From: Octopus vulgaris
Lineage: Eukaryota
Assembly: GCA_951406725.2 (NCBI GenBank)
Contig: OX597823.1
Location: 99,572,001 to 99,636,000 of the forward strand
DNA length: 64,000 nt
Direction of reading: 5' to 3'
Part shown: piece after piece, positions 13,033 through 25,923 of the stretch
Position numbering within the stretch: position 1 is the first letter of the stretch
Layout of the letters: each line of letters opens with the position of its first letter
The notes under the pieces: model-generated
Seen by the model: only the letters and a program-made list of their open reading frames with translations
Told to the model about the DNA's origin: nothing
Databases searched by the model: none
Made by a program: the position numbers and the translations under genes

Positions 13033-13935
13033 TATATTGATGACATCCTTATCATCACGTCCTCCAGGATGAGGCCATTAATAAGTTTCAATAACACCGA
13101 TATACACATCAAATTCGAGATTGAACATCCAGACAAATCCGGAACCCTCTCTCTACTCGACTTTCAACTCATGACCACAAAGGAAGATTCCATATTTACC
13201 AAATTCTACAGAAAAGCTGCTAATAGAAAACTTTGCATCCACTACCAATCAGCCTTACCCACCAGAACCAAAGCCGCATTTGTGAGAAATGAGATTGCAC
13301 ATATAAACAACAATTGCAGCAACATGCCCAACAAAGCTGTCAACGCCAAACAGTTCTTCAGAGACCTAACCTGAATGGCTACCCACCATCTTTAGCTAAA
13401 CAACGGTGCCTAAAGAACATCAAGGTCAATAAACCCCATAAGAACCATCATACTCCCAAGTGCTTCCTAAAGCTACCACACTTTGACGACAGAACTACTA
13501 CAGCAATACAACACGCAGTCCACAGGGAAGGACTCGACACACAGATAGTACACACCGGCCCTTCCCTGAGAAAAGCCCTGTCCAAGAACAACACCTCTCA
13601 CTTCTCCGAGGAGTACACATTGTCGAACTGCCACCCATCAATGACCCTGAATTGTGCTAGAGGACCTATGTTGTATATGAGATCATCTGTGGCAAATGTG
13701 GCACATCCTACATCGGAAGCACAACAAGAAAACTGCATACACACATTAAGGAACACATGCAGGCAGACACTTCCATGAAGAAACACTTCCGGAAATGCCA
13801 GACCCAGGAATTCACAGTGCACATCAAGGCAACAGAGCGGAACAGGGGTAACTTTAGAGTCTCTGAGGCTATCCTCATACACCAAAAGAAACCCAAGATC
13901 AACACCAGAAGAGAGTTGCAGGAAGCTGTGCATGT
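13033..13935 (+). mobile_element. Penelope-like element, 5'-truncated RT plus GIY-YIG endonuclease (frameshifted pseudogene)
   Basis: YIDDILI at 13033, then IKFEIEH...LSLLD...FYRK...IHYQSALP; LNGYP; VVYEIICGKCGTSYIGSTTRKLHTHIKEH; EAILIHQKKPKIN. Confidence 0.9.
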
Positions 13936-14204
13936 CCACTCCATACATGCTCACATGCATGCATATTGGCAACATTCGCCTATTTCTTGAAAGTGGGGTC
14001 ATAACCTCGAAATATCGAATACAAGGTAAGTCTACGTTAATTCACATATCTATTTTCTTGTGATTTGCTTTGCATTTATTTCACATTGTTTTGGCTCTTT
14101 TAGTTTTTTAATGTTATATTATATTCATATTATATTATGTTATATTTAAAAAAAAATAAATATTGGATTGTCAATTGAATCTCTGTAATTTATTGTTTAT
14201 ATAT

Positions 14205-14259
<55 letters not shown>

Positions 14260-14264
<5 letters not shown>

Positions 14265-14492
14265 GTTATTGCCAAGCTAACATTTCAATGAAAAGAGGCA
14301 AATACCCCGAAACTAGTCTGTGGGTGTTGAACTAGCAAGGAGAAGCTGCTGACCTCCCCTATTCGAAGGTTGTAATGGACACAGGTTTGTGTGTCACATA
14401 GCTAGCTAGAGGCGATGGCCTCTTGGAACTAATCAATGGCAGCATTCGTCGTACTTTTCTGGACTGCCATGTTAGCTTGGCGATAACTATTA
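14260..14492 (+). mobile_element. PLE pseudo-LTR-like fragment bounded by 24-bp inverted repeats, with a decayed hammerhead
   Basis: Arms 14260-14283 and 14469-14492 match at 23 of 24 positions. Internal ATGAAAA-GAGG(CAAATA)CCCC-GAAA-CTAG-TC. Homologous to 3289-3485. Confidence 0.65.
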
Positions 14493-14592
14493 ATATCCAG
14501 TACTGCTTTAAAGAGATTTAGAAATACTAATATTTATATATATATATATATAAATATATATACTTTATTTAAAGCAGCAGAAAATTCAACAA

Positions 14593-14637
14593 AACCTGTT
14601 ACTCTGAGTTTCCCGTTGCCGTTCATCGGACAGTTTT
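14593..14637 (-). ncRNA. Minimal hammerhead ribozyme with a core variant (CCGAUGA)
   Basis: Minus strand CTGT-CCGATGA-ACG(GCAA)CGG-GAAA-CTCAGAG-TA-ACAG. Same family as 50881-50918. Confidence 0.7.
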
Positions 14638-14655
14638 TGCTAGAAAAAAAATATA

Positions 14656-14686
<31 letters not shown>

Positions 14687-15692
14687 GTAATGTGCTTTAT
14701 TCAGTTCCCATCTCGATATTCCATTGTCAAAGTTTTGGTCATCCTAAGGTCTTAGTAGAAGATATTTGCACAAAGTGTTGTGCAGGGATACTGAACCTGA
14801 AACCACATGGTTTGGAAGTGAACTTCTCAACAATATTATCATGCTTGTACCCAGTGAGTATAGTATTGTAGTTTAAGAGATTAATGTATTCTCAATTTTG
14901 GAGAAGTTAAATAAACACAGTTTGGAAAAAGGAAACATAAACCTGCATTGTTTTAATCCTTAAACTCATGAGGAAAACGTTTAATGATTAAAATAAAATG
15001 TAAATCCAGAGATAATCTGGTTGATCTGTGCCAAAGTAGTGATGGAAAATCCACAAAGTATCAGGAATTAAAACAAAACAATTTCATTGGGAACAGAAGA
15101 AAAATTGAACAACATTTTGGACAGTGGCTCTTTGTGAGGAAAAGTAAAAATGATAAAAAATAAAAAAAAATTTATGTTCCTGTTTCTTCCATACAATGTA
15201 ATAATATACTTTGTACTTTCCTTTGTTGTTTTTCTTGAAACTTGTGGAATAAAAGAAATGATCTGATTAAACTAATCTGTTAAGAAATTAGAAACAAAAT
15301 CTGTTGATACATTAGTACCCTTTTTTCAATTCCATTTTTTTCCCTATTTAATTTCTATGTCAAACTTGCAGTTTTCTCAGGTCAGTCTATACTTCAACCA
15401 TTTCTCTCTTGTCTACTTCACTCTCCATAACTAATAAGCACATGGTTAAGGCATTCGCTAACCCAGTTCTCACCATTATTTCTCCACAGTGAAAACACTT
15501 GATTATTTTCTAGTATAAGCTGCTGCACTTGATATTTGTAATTCCTAAATATATTTTAAGTTGAGATCTCACAACTTAGTTTATCCTTTGAGCTCATGTT
15601 GCCTAGCCAGCATACCATTCACAACTAATTTCGTTCAAGCTACACAGAAAACTACTTGCACTGCTCAAATTTCAGTGTTATAATAAATAAAG

Positions 15693-15840
<148 letters not shown>

Positions 15841-16663
15841 CATATAACTTTATACTAGAAAAATTCTTTTGATGTCTTGAAAAATTTTTTTTAAAAATAA
15901 CTCTCATAATTAGTAAGCTCCTACAGATTCTGTCTTACCCCAGTTTCGTAAATTATCCAGGACTTTATCGTATTCCTCCTTAGTGAAAGTCATTCATGTA
16001 TTCATGGTTTTATTTTGTCTTTCTTTGTGGGTTTCATTCACCCAGTAATTGATCAGGAAAACTTCACTGAGGCTAAAATCAGATAAACAAAACTATTTAT
16101 AAAATTTTCCTTCCAAGTTAACATTTAGAACGATATTAAATAATTAAATCAACCATTTTGTAGCATAAAGATTTCTTTCAAGAAATTTTAAATGCAGTGC
16201 CTCACCAACTCCCAAAATCCCCTTTTCTTCAAATTTTGCTATTTAAAAAAAAACGTATTCAATGTGAATGACATGAGACAAAGAGGCTGGTTATTGCAGA
16301 AAGTGGAAATCAAATCTTATTATTCTGTTGTTTACTCAGAAAAACAACATTCACTTGGTTTAGTCTTCATAGTGAAAACAGAATTCTGAATGAAATAACT
16401 AACAGGCAAATGAGTCGTTACCTGTTTGTGTGGTCAAGAAGGTTGCTTTGTATTTAAGTGGTTTTGGGTTGAGTCCCACGACACAGTACCTTGGGTACAT
16501 TTTTCTATAGCCTCAGATCAACTAATGCTTTGCAAGTGAATTTGGTAGGCAAACATCAAGAGGAAGCTCATTGTGTGTGTGTATGTATGTATGTGTGTGT
16601 GTATGTATGTATGTGTGTTTGTATGTATGTATGCGATGTATATTTGTTTTATGTATGTGTGTT

Positions 16664-16712
<49 letters not shown>

Positions 16713-16847
16713 CTGTATATGTATGTGGTGTATATGTGTGTTGATATGTATTTATAATAATTATATATTAATATATATATATATACACATATATATATAT
16801 ATATATATATATCATATAATATATATATATATACATATACATATACA

Positions 16848-17940
16848 CGAAGAGGTACCCAAATGGAATTGGAAATGTTCTCTGTGAGACAAGCCTGTCG
16901 TAGTTCAGGCTTCTGCCACTAGAAGCTACTTAATGTGACCCTCAGACATCAGTTTGTCGACAGACGACAGACGTTGTCAAGTGAGGTTGTTCTGCCACAT
17001 GGTACGCCTTTGTTTTGCAGTGCTTCTGCCCCCTGTTTGTGGATTTTGGTGATGATTGAAACAAAGGAACGGCGTGCTTCTGTGAAATTCTGTTTTCTGA
17101 TGGGGAAAACAGAAGTCGAAGCAGTTGTCATGCTTCAAACAGCTTACAAGGATGCTGCCATGAGTAAAACATAAGTCTACAAGTGGTTTTCATGCTTTAG
17201 GAATGGTCACTTGTTACTTGAAGACCAATCTTGTTCAGGGCATCCATGAACCTTCTGAACAAATGAGAACATCATGAAAATTCATGACCTGATCTTGGAG
17301 GACTGTTGCCGAACAACTGATGGACTTGTTGATATGACTGTTGTGTCCTGGAGCTCCTGACAACGAATTTTGAATGAGGAATTATGAATGAAAAGAGTCA
17401 CAGCAAAATTTGTGCCTTGCTTAGTCATGGAAGATGAAAAGCAGTGACAAGTGAATGCGTGTCATGAACTGGAAGAAGAGTTGGAGGTTGAACTGGACTT
17501 TTTTTTGAAGGTCATCACTGGTGACGAAAGCTGGTGCTATGGAATTTGCAGATGCGGAAGAGGTGAAGAAAACAAATGATGAAGGCATTAAAAGACATCA
17601 CTTTGCAAGTGTTCCAGGCACAAGTGTAGCTAGAGTGTGTGCCGCCTGGGTGGCCCTTCCGTTTGCCACCCCCAGATCCCACAAAAAACATATATTGCCT
17701 ACAGCATAATGAAAAGTGCCACCCCACTTAAAAGTGCCACTTGGGGTGGACTGCCCATACCGCCCCCTCCCCCAGCTATGCTAGTGGTTCCAGGACTGCT
17801 TCGAAAAGAAGAAAACATATCTGGACTGATGCATTGCTTCAAATGGAGAATACACTGAAGGTGGTAAAAGTGCAAACGTCATAAAACTAAGTGAAGAAAA
17901 TGATATTGCAAAATTCCGGTTTCTTTCGGATACCCCTTCA
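16848..17940 (+). mobile_element. Degenerate mariner with an internal deletion and a nested MITE
   Basis: ERRASVKFCFLMGKT...VYKWFSCFRNG...MKRVTAKFVP...VITGDESWCYG. Decayed TIRs GAAGAGGTACCCAAA / TTTCGGATACCCCTTC followed by TA. Confidence 0.85.
17619..17786. mobile_element. hAT-type non-autonomous element (168 bp) with an 8-bp TSD
   Basis: GTTCCAGG is duplicated at 17611-17618 and 17787-17794. Imperfect TIRs CACAAGTGTAGCT / AGCTATGCTAGTG. Confidence 0.8.
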
Positions 17941-18075
17941 TATGTGTGTGTGTGTGCGCGCGTATATATACACACACGCACATAGTGATGGTAAAGAATA
18001 TGCACACCACTCGCTTTTGGCACTTAGGGTTACACTGAAAACGGGTGGTGTGCGTATTCTTTACCTCCAACTACA

Positions 18076-18144
<69 letters not shown>

Positions 18145-18189
18145 TTGCATCTATAAATGCATTTTGGTGCTTATAAATAAAAACAAATG

Positions 18190-18833
18190 CCTTTTTTGAA
18201 ACAACTTGGGAATGGAGATGACAAATGGATTGTGTACAAAAACATGAGGCAAAAAAGATCTTGGAGTTTGCATAATGATCCCTCAAAATATCCATTCCAG
18301 AAATGCCGTGCTTTGGTGGAATCATAAAAGCATTATTTATTATTAGCTGCTCCCACAAAACCAGACCATAAATTCTGATGTGTACTGGCTAATTTGAACC
18401 AAAAGATCAAAGAACTGAGGCTGGAGATTACCAACAGGAAAGGGGTAGTGTTCCAACAAGACAATACTTGACCACATGTGTCTTTGGCTACCCGAACAAA
18501 GTTACATGAACTTGGCTGAAATCTCTTACCCCATCCACCATATTCGCCTGATATTGTGCCATCTGACTACCATTTGTTTTTGTCACTACAGAACTCATTG
18601 CAAGGAAAAACATTTAATGATTTAGAGGGAGTCAAAATGCATCTAGATAACTTTTTTTCACCAAAACCAGTCAAATTTTTATGCTGATGGAATATTTAAA
18701 TTGCCTGAGAGATGGGCAAGGCCATTAATGATATAGATAGTTCAATTAGTTCATTAATGATATAGATAGTTCAATTATCTATATCCCTTTTTTTCATATT
18801 AAAAAATGCTCAGAACATTCTGGACAACCTAAG
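18190..18833 (+). mobile_element. Mariner 3' half (DD34D catalytic domain remnant)
   Basis: GDDKWIVYKN; VFQQDNT*PH; LPHPPYSPDIVPSDYHLFLSLQN. TIR-like end followed by (TA)/(TG)n. Confidence 0.85.
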
Positions 18834-18906
<73 letters not shown>

Positions 18907-19289
18907 CGTGTGTGTGTGTGTGTGTAAATGGTATTATGGGTTCTATGCTGCAATTTGAAAGAGAAAAGAGAATAAAGTCCCGAGCTAGTACTCGAACTAC
19001 GTATCTCTTGCTCCAGATTGGCCTGTCATTTCCTCTCCTTAGATAAGGCACTTATTGTAAGTGCTTATCTTCTGTTTTACTGCACTGTTCAATCTCCACA
19101 AGCATTTCGCTTGCTTCACATATAATAATTTATCAGCCACTCAGTGGTCGCACATCAAGCCATTCTACGAATGTCTAACAGAGCAAAGCAGGTCATTTTT
19201 TACAACAGGAACAAAATCTCTATGTGTGTGTGTGTGTGTGTTGGAATAGTAACAGAATAAGGCTTCAACTTTGGGTAGCTTTCTTGATA

Positions 19290-21021
19290 TATTGGCAACG
19301 AGTACAGTGAAGAATTCCGGGTAGAGGTAGGGGTCCACCAAGGCTCAGTCCTCAGCCCCCTCCTATTTATCATAGTCCTCCAGGCAATAACGGAGGAATT
19401 CAAGACAGGATACCCTTGGGAGCCCCTCTATGCTGATGACCTTGCTCTAATTGCTGAGTCGCTATCAGAACTGGAGGAGAAGTTTCAGGTGTGGAAACAA
19501 GGATTAGAATCGAAGGGCCTCAGAGTCAATCTAGCTAAAACCAAAGTCGTAATCAGTAGGAAGGTAGACAAATCACAAACGCCTTCAGGTAGATGGCCCT
19601 GCTCGATCTGTAGAAAAGGTGTAGGTAGAAACTCTATAAGATGCACCAAGTGTAAGCTATGGACACATAAGAGGTGCAGCAATGTCAAAGGAAGGCTAAC
19701 TAGGAAGATGGTTTTTGTATGTGGCAGATGCTCAGGAACAATAAACACTGAAAATGCTCTGAGACCAACTTCCGTCACTTTCCAGGGAGAAAAACTAGAA
19801 ATAGTTGATAGTTTCCGTTACCTAGGTGACCAAGTCAGCAGCGAGGGCGGGTGTGCTGAAAGTGTAACTGCTAGAGTAAGAATAGCTTGGGCAAAGTTCA
19901 GAGAGCTCTTACCTCTGCTGGTGACAAAAGGCCTCTCGCACAGAGTGAAAGGCAGACTGTATGATGCGTGTGTACGAACAGCCATGCTACATGGCAGTGA
20001 AACATAGGCTGTGACTGCTGAGGATATGCGTAAGCTCGCAAGAAATGAAGCCAGTATGCTCCGATGGATGTGTAATGTCAGTACTCATACTCAGCAGAGT
20101 GTAAGTACCTTGAGAGAAAAGCTGGACCTAAGAAGCATCAGTTGTGGTGTGCAAGAGAGACGTTTGCGCTGGTATGGTCATGTGGCGAGAATGGATGAAG
20201 ATAGTTGTGTGAAAAAGTGCCACACCCTAGCAGTTGAGGGAACCTGCGGAAGAGGCAGACCCAGGAAAACCTGGGATGAGGTGGTGAAGCACGACCTTCG
20301 AACTTTAGGTCTCACTGAGGAAATGACTAGAGACCAAGACCTCTGGAAGTGTGCTGTGCGCGAGAAGACCCGGCAGGACAAGTGAGTCCATAACCCGTGG
20401 CCTTCTACATGGGATGGAGCCAGCCTACATATGCATACCTTCCCTTCTTTGGACACAAAACTCTACTTGTGAAGACCTGTTGAGGCAAGTGAGGATCAGA
20501 ATCAAAATCGATCAATGGAAATTGCAGATGTGTTACCAGTGCCGGTGGCATGTCGAAACTCTACTTGTGAAGACCTGTTGAGGCAAGTGAGGATCAGAAT
20601 CGAAATCGATCAATGGAAATTGCAGATGTGTTACCAGTGCCGGTGGCATGTAAGAGAACCTTCCGTTTCGCGACCGTTGCCAGAGCCGCCCCGACTGGCC
20701 TCGTGCCGGTGGCACGTAAAAAGCACCATCCGTTCGTGTCCGTTGCCAGCCTCGCCTGGCCCCCGTGCCGGTGGCACATAAAAAGCACCATCCGTTCATG
20801 GCCGTTTGCCAGCTCTGTCTGGCACCTGTGCGGGTGGCACGTAAAAAGCACCCACTACACTCACGGAGTGGTTGGCGTTAGGAAGGGCATCCAGCTGTAG
20901 AAACACTGCCAGATTTGACTGGACCTGATGAAGCCTTCTGGCTTCACAGACCCCAGTAGAACCGTCCAACCCATGCTAGCGTGGAAAACGGACGCTAAAC
21001 GATGATGATGATGATGATGAT
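19290..21021 (+). mobile_element. RTE-clade LINE, 5'-truncated (RT core to (GAT)n tail)
   Basis: VGVHQGSVLSPLLF, LYADDL, GLRVNLAKTK, FRYLG, RRLRWYGHVARM, GRGRPRKTW. One in-frame stop at ~20005. The 3' UTR has a 98-bp tandem duplication (20461/20559) and ~60-bp repeats, ending in a (GAT)n tail. Confidence 0.95.
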
Positions 21022-21089
21022 GTACACACACACAGAGTCCAACTGAAGCTGCATGGAAGCTGGATGCTGGATGATGATGATGATGTTCA

Positions 21090-21249
21090 GGCATGGCTGT
21101 GTAGCTAGAAGATCGTTTCACAGCCACCACATCGTATGAGGTTCAGTCCTACTGTGTAGCATCTTGTGAAAGTGCCTTCTACAAAATCCTTTGGCTGACC
21201 AAAGCCTTGTGAGTTGATCTGGTAGACAGAAACTGAAAGAAGCCCTTCT

Positions 21250-21255
<6 letters not shown>
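21090..21255 (+). mobile_element. SINE family A, degenerate 5' half
   Basis: Similar to the head of the 50282 copy, including GACCAAAGCCTTGTGAG...AAACTGAAAGAAGCC. Confidence 0.7.
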
Positions 21256-21301
<46 letters not shown>

Positions 21302-21579
21302 GAAGTTAAAAGTTATGGCCGATCACTGAGTGACCATTGGTTTTGCACCTATAAAGTGATAGCAGTATATAGGCTACTCATCAAACTCAAATGGCTGAAG
21401 ACACTTGAACTCTCAAGAACTGGAGAAAGAAATACATAATGGTCAGTTGATATTGTAAACAAAAAATAATTGTCTGTGCTATGGGGAGGGGGACAGGGTT
21501 AGTGAGATGGGGTTAATCCCCTTGTATTGGCTCCAGCCATGGTGACAATCAATGGAAATGTGGCAGGACTATTACAGCT

Positions 21580-21996
21580 TATTATTCCTGCGCATTTGCT
21601 GCATACAAAGACTACTTTATCTGTTAATCTACCTGTGACTCCACTGCACCTCTTATGTGTCCATAGTTTACACTGGGTGCAGCAAATGGAATTTCTTCCA
21701 ACTCCTTTCCTACATATGGAGCAGGGCCATTTACCTGACAGAAAGAGTTTTACTAACAACTTTGGTCTTGCTAGGTTAACTTTTAGGCTCTTTGATTCCA
21801 GGTTTTGTTTCCACACCTGGAATTTCTTCTCCAATTCTGTTAGAGATTCTGCAACAAGATCAAGGTCATCAGCATTTAATAGTTCCCACAGGCACCCAGT
21901 TTTGAATTCCTCTGTTATGGCTTGGAGGACTATGACGAATAAGCATGAGCTGTGAATTGAACCCTGGTGAACCCCTACTCGTACACTAAATTCATT
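21580..21996 (-). mobile_element. RTE LINE internal fragment (RT motifs plus Cys finger)
   Basis: NEFSVRVGVHQGS...LLNADDL...WPCSICRKGVGRNSICCTQCKLWTHKRC. Confidence 0.9.
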
Positions 21997-22009
21997 ATAT
22001 ATATATATC

Positions 22010-22250
22010 ATTCTTTCATTATTCTTTTACTTGCTTCAGTCATTTGACAGTGGCTATGCTGGAGCACTGTCTTTAAGGGTTTTTTTTAGTAAAAAAAAAA
22101 AGCCCTCAGGACTTATTCTTTGTAAACCTAATACTTATTCTATCAGTCTCATTTACTGAACCGCTAAATTACTGAGATGTAAACACACCAACATTGGTTG
22201 TCAAGTGAATGGTGTGGGGACAAACACAGACACAAAAACACTCAAATAAA
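22010..22250 (-). mobile_element. SINE family A, 3' half
   Basis: The reverse complement matches the 3' part of the 50282 copy (GTGCTCCAGCATAGCCACTGTCAAATGACTGAAGCAAGTAAAAG). Confidence 0.75.
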
Positions 22251-22257
22251 TACATAC

Positions 22258-22324
<67 letters not shown>

Positions 22325-22734
22325 TAAAATTCAGTTGAATTAGGTAGTTAAATTGAGGAGGCAGCAAGCCAGTTTGGTATAGTCCATGCAGTTTGAAGTT
22401 AGCAGTCATCCTGTCACTAGAAGCTCTTTTTATGATGTAGACATATCCTTTTATGATGTAGATAAAGCTAGAAATATATGGTCCCAGTAAAATAAGTATC
22501 TGGGAGATTGTCTGACATTAATTACTTTATCACCATCAACAGGACAAATAGCTTGACAACTCCTAATGGATTTAATTCTAAATATTTGTAGACTATATGC
22601 TGCATAAAATTTTATAAATGAAAAGGGAAATAAATAACTATCACACCACTCCTACATCTTGACCCCCACTGTTTTCCTCTGCTACTCTCTAAATTATAGC
22701 AGGCTTAATAAGATGTGCATTATTTTCTAAATTC

Positions 22735-24732
22735 AATGAAGGTTACGGAGAGGGTCATAGCCCAACTAATTAGAGAGAGAGTTAGTTTAGATGAGATGCA
22801 GTTTGGGTTCGTGCCAGGGAAAAGCACCACTGATGCTATATTCCTGGTAAGGCAGCTGCAGGAGAAATACCTAGCCAAAGATAAGCCCCTGTACCTGGCT
22901 TTCGTTGACATGGAGAAAGCCTTTGATAGGGTCCCCTGATCCCTCATCTGGTGGTCAATGAGGAAACTAGGGATAGATGAATGGCTGGTGAGGGCTGTGC
23001 AAGCCATGTACAGAGATGCCGTAAGTAAGGTTAGGGCTGGCAACATGTACACAGAAGAATTCAAAGTAGAGGTTGGGGTCCACCAGGGTTCAGTAATCAG
23101 CCCCCTCCTATTTATCATAGTCTTCCAGGCAATTGTGGAGGAATTGAAGACAGGTTGCTCCTGGGAGCTCCTCTATGCTGATGACCTCGCTCTAATTGCT
23201 GAGTCACTATCAGAACTGGAGGAGAAGTTCCAGGTGTGGAAGGAGGGTTTAGAATCGAGGGGCCTTAGAGTCAACCTAGCTAAAACCAAAGTACTAATAA
23301 GTAGAAAGGTAGACAATCCACAAATATCCTCAGGAAGATGGCCCTGCTCGATCTGTAGAAAAGGTGTAGGTAGAAACTTTATAAGATGTACCCAGTGTAA
23401 GCTATGGACACATAAGAGGTGCAGCAATGTCAAAGGTAGGCTAACTGGGAAGATAGTTTTTGTATGTGGCAGATGCTCGGGAGCATTGACCTCCAAAAAT
23501 CTGCAGAAAACAACTTCCGTCACTTTCCAGGGGAAAAAACTAGAAGTAGTTGATAGCTTCCGTTATCTAGGTGACCAAGTCAGTAGTGGGGGTGGGTGCG
23601 CTGAAAGTGTAACTGCTAGAATAAGAATAGCCTGGGCAAAGTTTAGGGAGCTCTTACCTCTGCTGGTGACAAAAGGCCTCTCGCTCAGAGTAAAAGGCAG
23701 ACTGTATGATGCATGTGTACGAACAGCCATGCTACATGGCAGTGAAACATGGGCCGTGACTGCTGAGGACATGCGTAAGCTCGTGAGGAATGAAGCCAGT
23801 ATGCTCCGATGGATGTGTAATGTCAGTGTACATACTCGACAGAGCGTTAGTACCTTGAGAGAAATGTCGTACCTAAGAAGCATCAGTTGTGGTGTGCAAG
23901 AGAAACGATTGCGCTGATATGGTCATGTGGCGAGAATGGATGAAGATAGGTGTGTGAGAAAGTGCCAATCCCTAGCAGTTGAGGGAACCCGTGGAAGAGG
24001 TAGACCCAGGAAAACCTGGGACGAGGTGGTGAAGCACGACCTTCGAACGTTAGGTCTCACCATGGAAATGACTAGAGACCGAGACCTATGGAAGTATGCT
24101 GTGATGAGAAGACCCGACAAGACTAGTGAAGCCATAACCCGTGGCCCCTACCTGGGACGTAGTCGATCCACCTGTGCATACCTTCCTGCTTGTGACACTT
24201 GTGAAGACCTGTTGAGGCAAGTGAAAATCAAAATCAAAATCAAACCAAATAAAAATAGATGAACATCAATGGAATTTGTATCCTTGTGGGTGGCACATAA
24301 GAAAACCATCCGAACGTGACCGTAGCCAGTACCGCATCGACTGGCCTCCGTGCTGTGGGCACGTAACAAACAACATCCGAGCGTGGCCGTTCGCCAGCCT
24401 CGTCTGGCACCTGTGTCGGTGGCACATAAGAAAACACCATCCGAGCGTGGCCGTCTGCTAGCCTCGTCTGGCACCTGTGTCGGTGGCACATACAAACACC
24501 ATCCGAGCATGGCCGTCTGCCAGCCTCGTCTGGCACCTGTGTCGGTGGCACATAAAATCACCCACTACACTCTCGGAGTGGTTGGCGTTAGGAAGGGCAT
24601 CCAGCTGTAGAAACACTGCCAGATCTGACTGGCCTGGTGCAGCCTTCGAGCTTGCCAGACCCCAGTTGAACCGTCCAACCCATGCTAGCATGGAAAGCGG
24701 ACGTTAAACGATGATGATGATGATGATGATGA
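22735..24732 (+). mobile_element. RTE-clade LINE, 5'-truncated; the longest copy in the window
   Basis: QFGFVPGKSTTDAIF...FVDMEKAFDRVP*...GVHQGSVISPLLF...LYADDL...GRGRPRKTW, with two in-frame stops. 3' UTR tandem units and a (GAT)n tail. Confidence 0.95.
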
Positions 24733-24957
24733 TTCTGGCACAAATGAGCAAACAATGCAATTATTTTGGTTTCTGACACTGATTTAAATTTGCTAAAATG
24801 GTTTTTCCTTTATGGTGGAAATTTATAATGGTCATTTCCGTCTGAGAAGAGCAGCTTCTTTCAAACTGATGTAATGTTTTCATAGATCGATTAAATGGAG
24901 CCACTTGAAACGGCCATAACGCCTGGACATCCTTGTTACTTATTTGCATTATATATA

Positions 24958-25120
24958 TATGACAAGCTTCTCTCAGTTTCTGTCTTTGAAATCCACTCAC
25001 AGGGTCTTGGTTGGCCTGAGACTATAGTAGAAGTCACTTGTCCAAGGTGCCATGCAAAGAGACTGAACCTAGAACCATGTGGCTGGGAAGCAAGCTTTTT
25101 ACCACACAGCCATGCCTGCA
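24958..25120 (-). mobile_element. SINE family A, 5' half
   Basis: Minus strand GCAGGCATGGCTGTGTGGTAAAAAGCTTGC...GCACCTTGGACAAGTGACTTC. Confidence 0.75.
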
Positions 25121-25129
25121 CCTACATAT

Positions 25130-25691
25130 CTACACTCAAAACATGTTTTTATCTATCTATCTATTTTATCTACTTACTAATTACTAATACGCTTAAGCAT
25201 TCCCTAAGTCCTCTCTAATTTCTCCATTTCTCCACCGTCCCTTTATTAATTTTGCCCGTCCAAGTCCTCGCTCCCTCGTCTATCAACCTTCGCGTATTCC
25301 TTTATTAATTTTGCCCATCCAAGTCCTCGCTCTCTCGTCTATCAACCTTCGCCATCTTGAAGTCTGTTTCTTTAGTACACTTCCGCCTTGTCCAAAAATT
25401 CCCCTTCCGGTCAACTTATACTTAAAAGGCCACCCCACACGTGCTCTATCTCATTCACCTAGCAGCTATATCCTGAGTACAGATAAGTTGAAAACTTATT
25501 TTCACTTCTCGACCAATCATACTACACTCAAAACATGTTTTTATCTATCTATCTATTTTATCTACTTACTAATTACTAATACGCTTAAGCATTCCCTAAG
25601 TCCTCTCTAATTTCTCCATTTCTCCACCGTCCCTTTATTAATTTTGCCCGTCCAAGTCCTCGCTCTCTCGTCTATCAACCTTCGCGTATTC
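25130..25691. repeat. 170-bp near-perfect direct duplication (period 392) plus a partial third copy
   Basis: 25130-25299 equals 25522-25691 with one mismatch seen. A partial copy lies at ~25299-25352. Confidence 0.9.
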
Positions 25692-25923
25692 GCGGTGCAA
25701 AACCACCAATACCGGATATCTCTATATTTTTGCTCCATCTATACCGGATGTCGCTTCTCCCACCACCATTATAGGTGTCTACTCTTCGAACCCCCCTCTT
25801 CAATACGCTATTTCACCATGCATTACCCCTCTCGTGATATCCTACGTTCTACTTGTCTAGAACCTGTCATCGTTTCTCTGAACACCCCTCCCCACTGGTG
25901 CTCCCCTATATTTCTGCCCCCCC

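Noticed and set aside
24290-24560. Regularly spaced repeats resembling a CRISPR array
   Set aside because: The units are repeated in full with no unique spacers, lie in an RTE 3' UTR, and there are no cas genes in this eukaryotic context.
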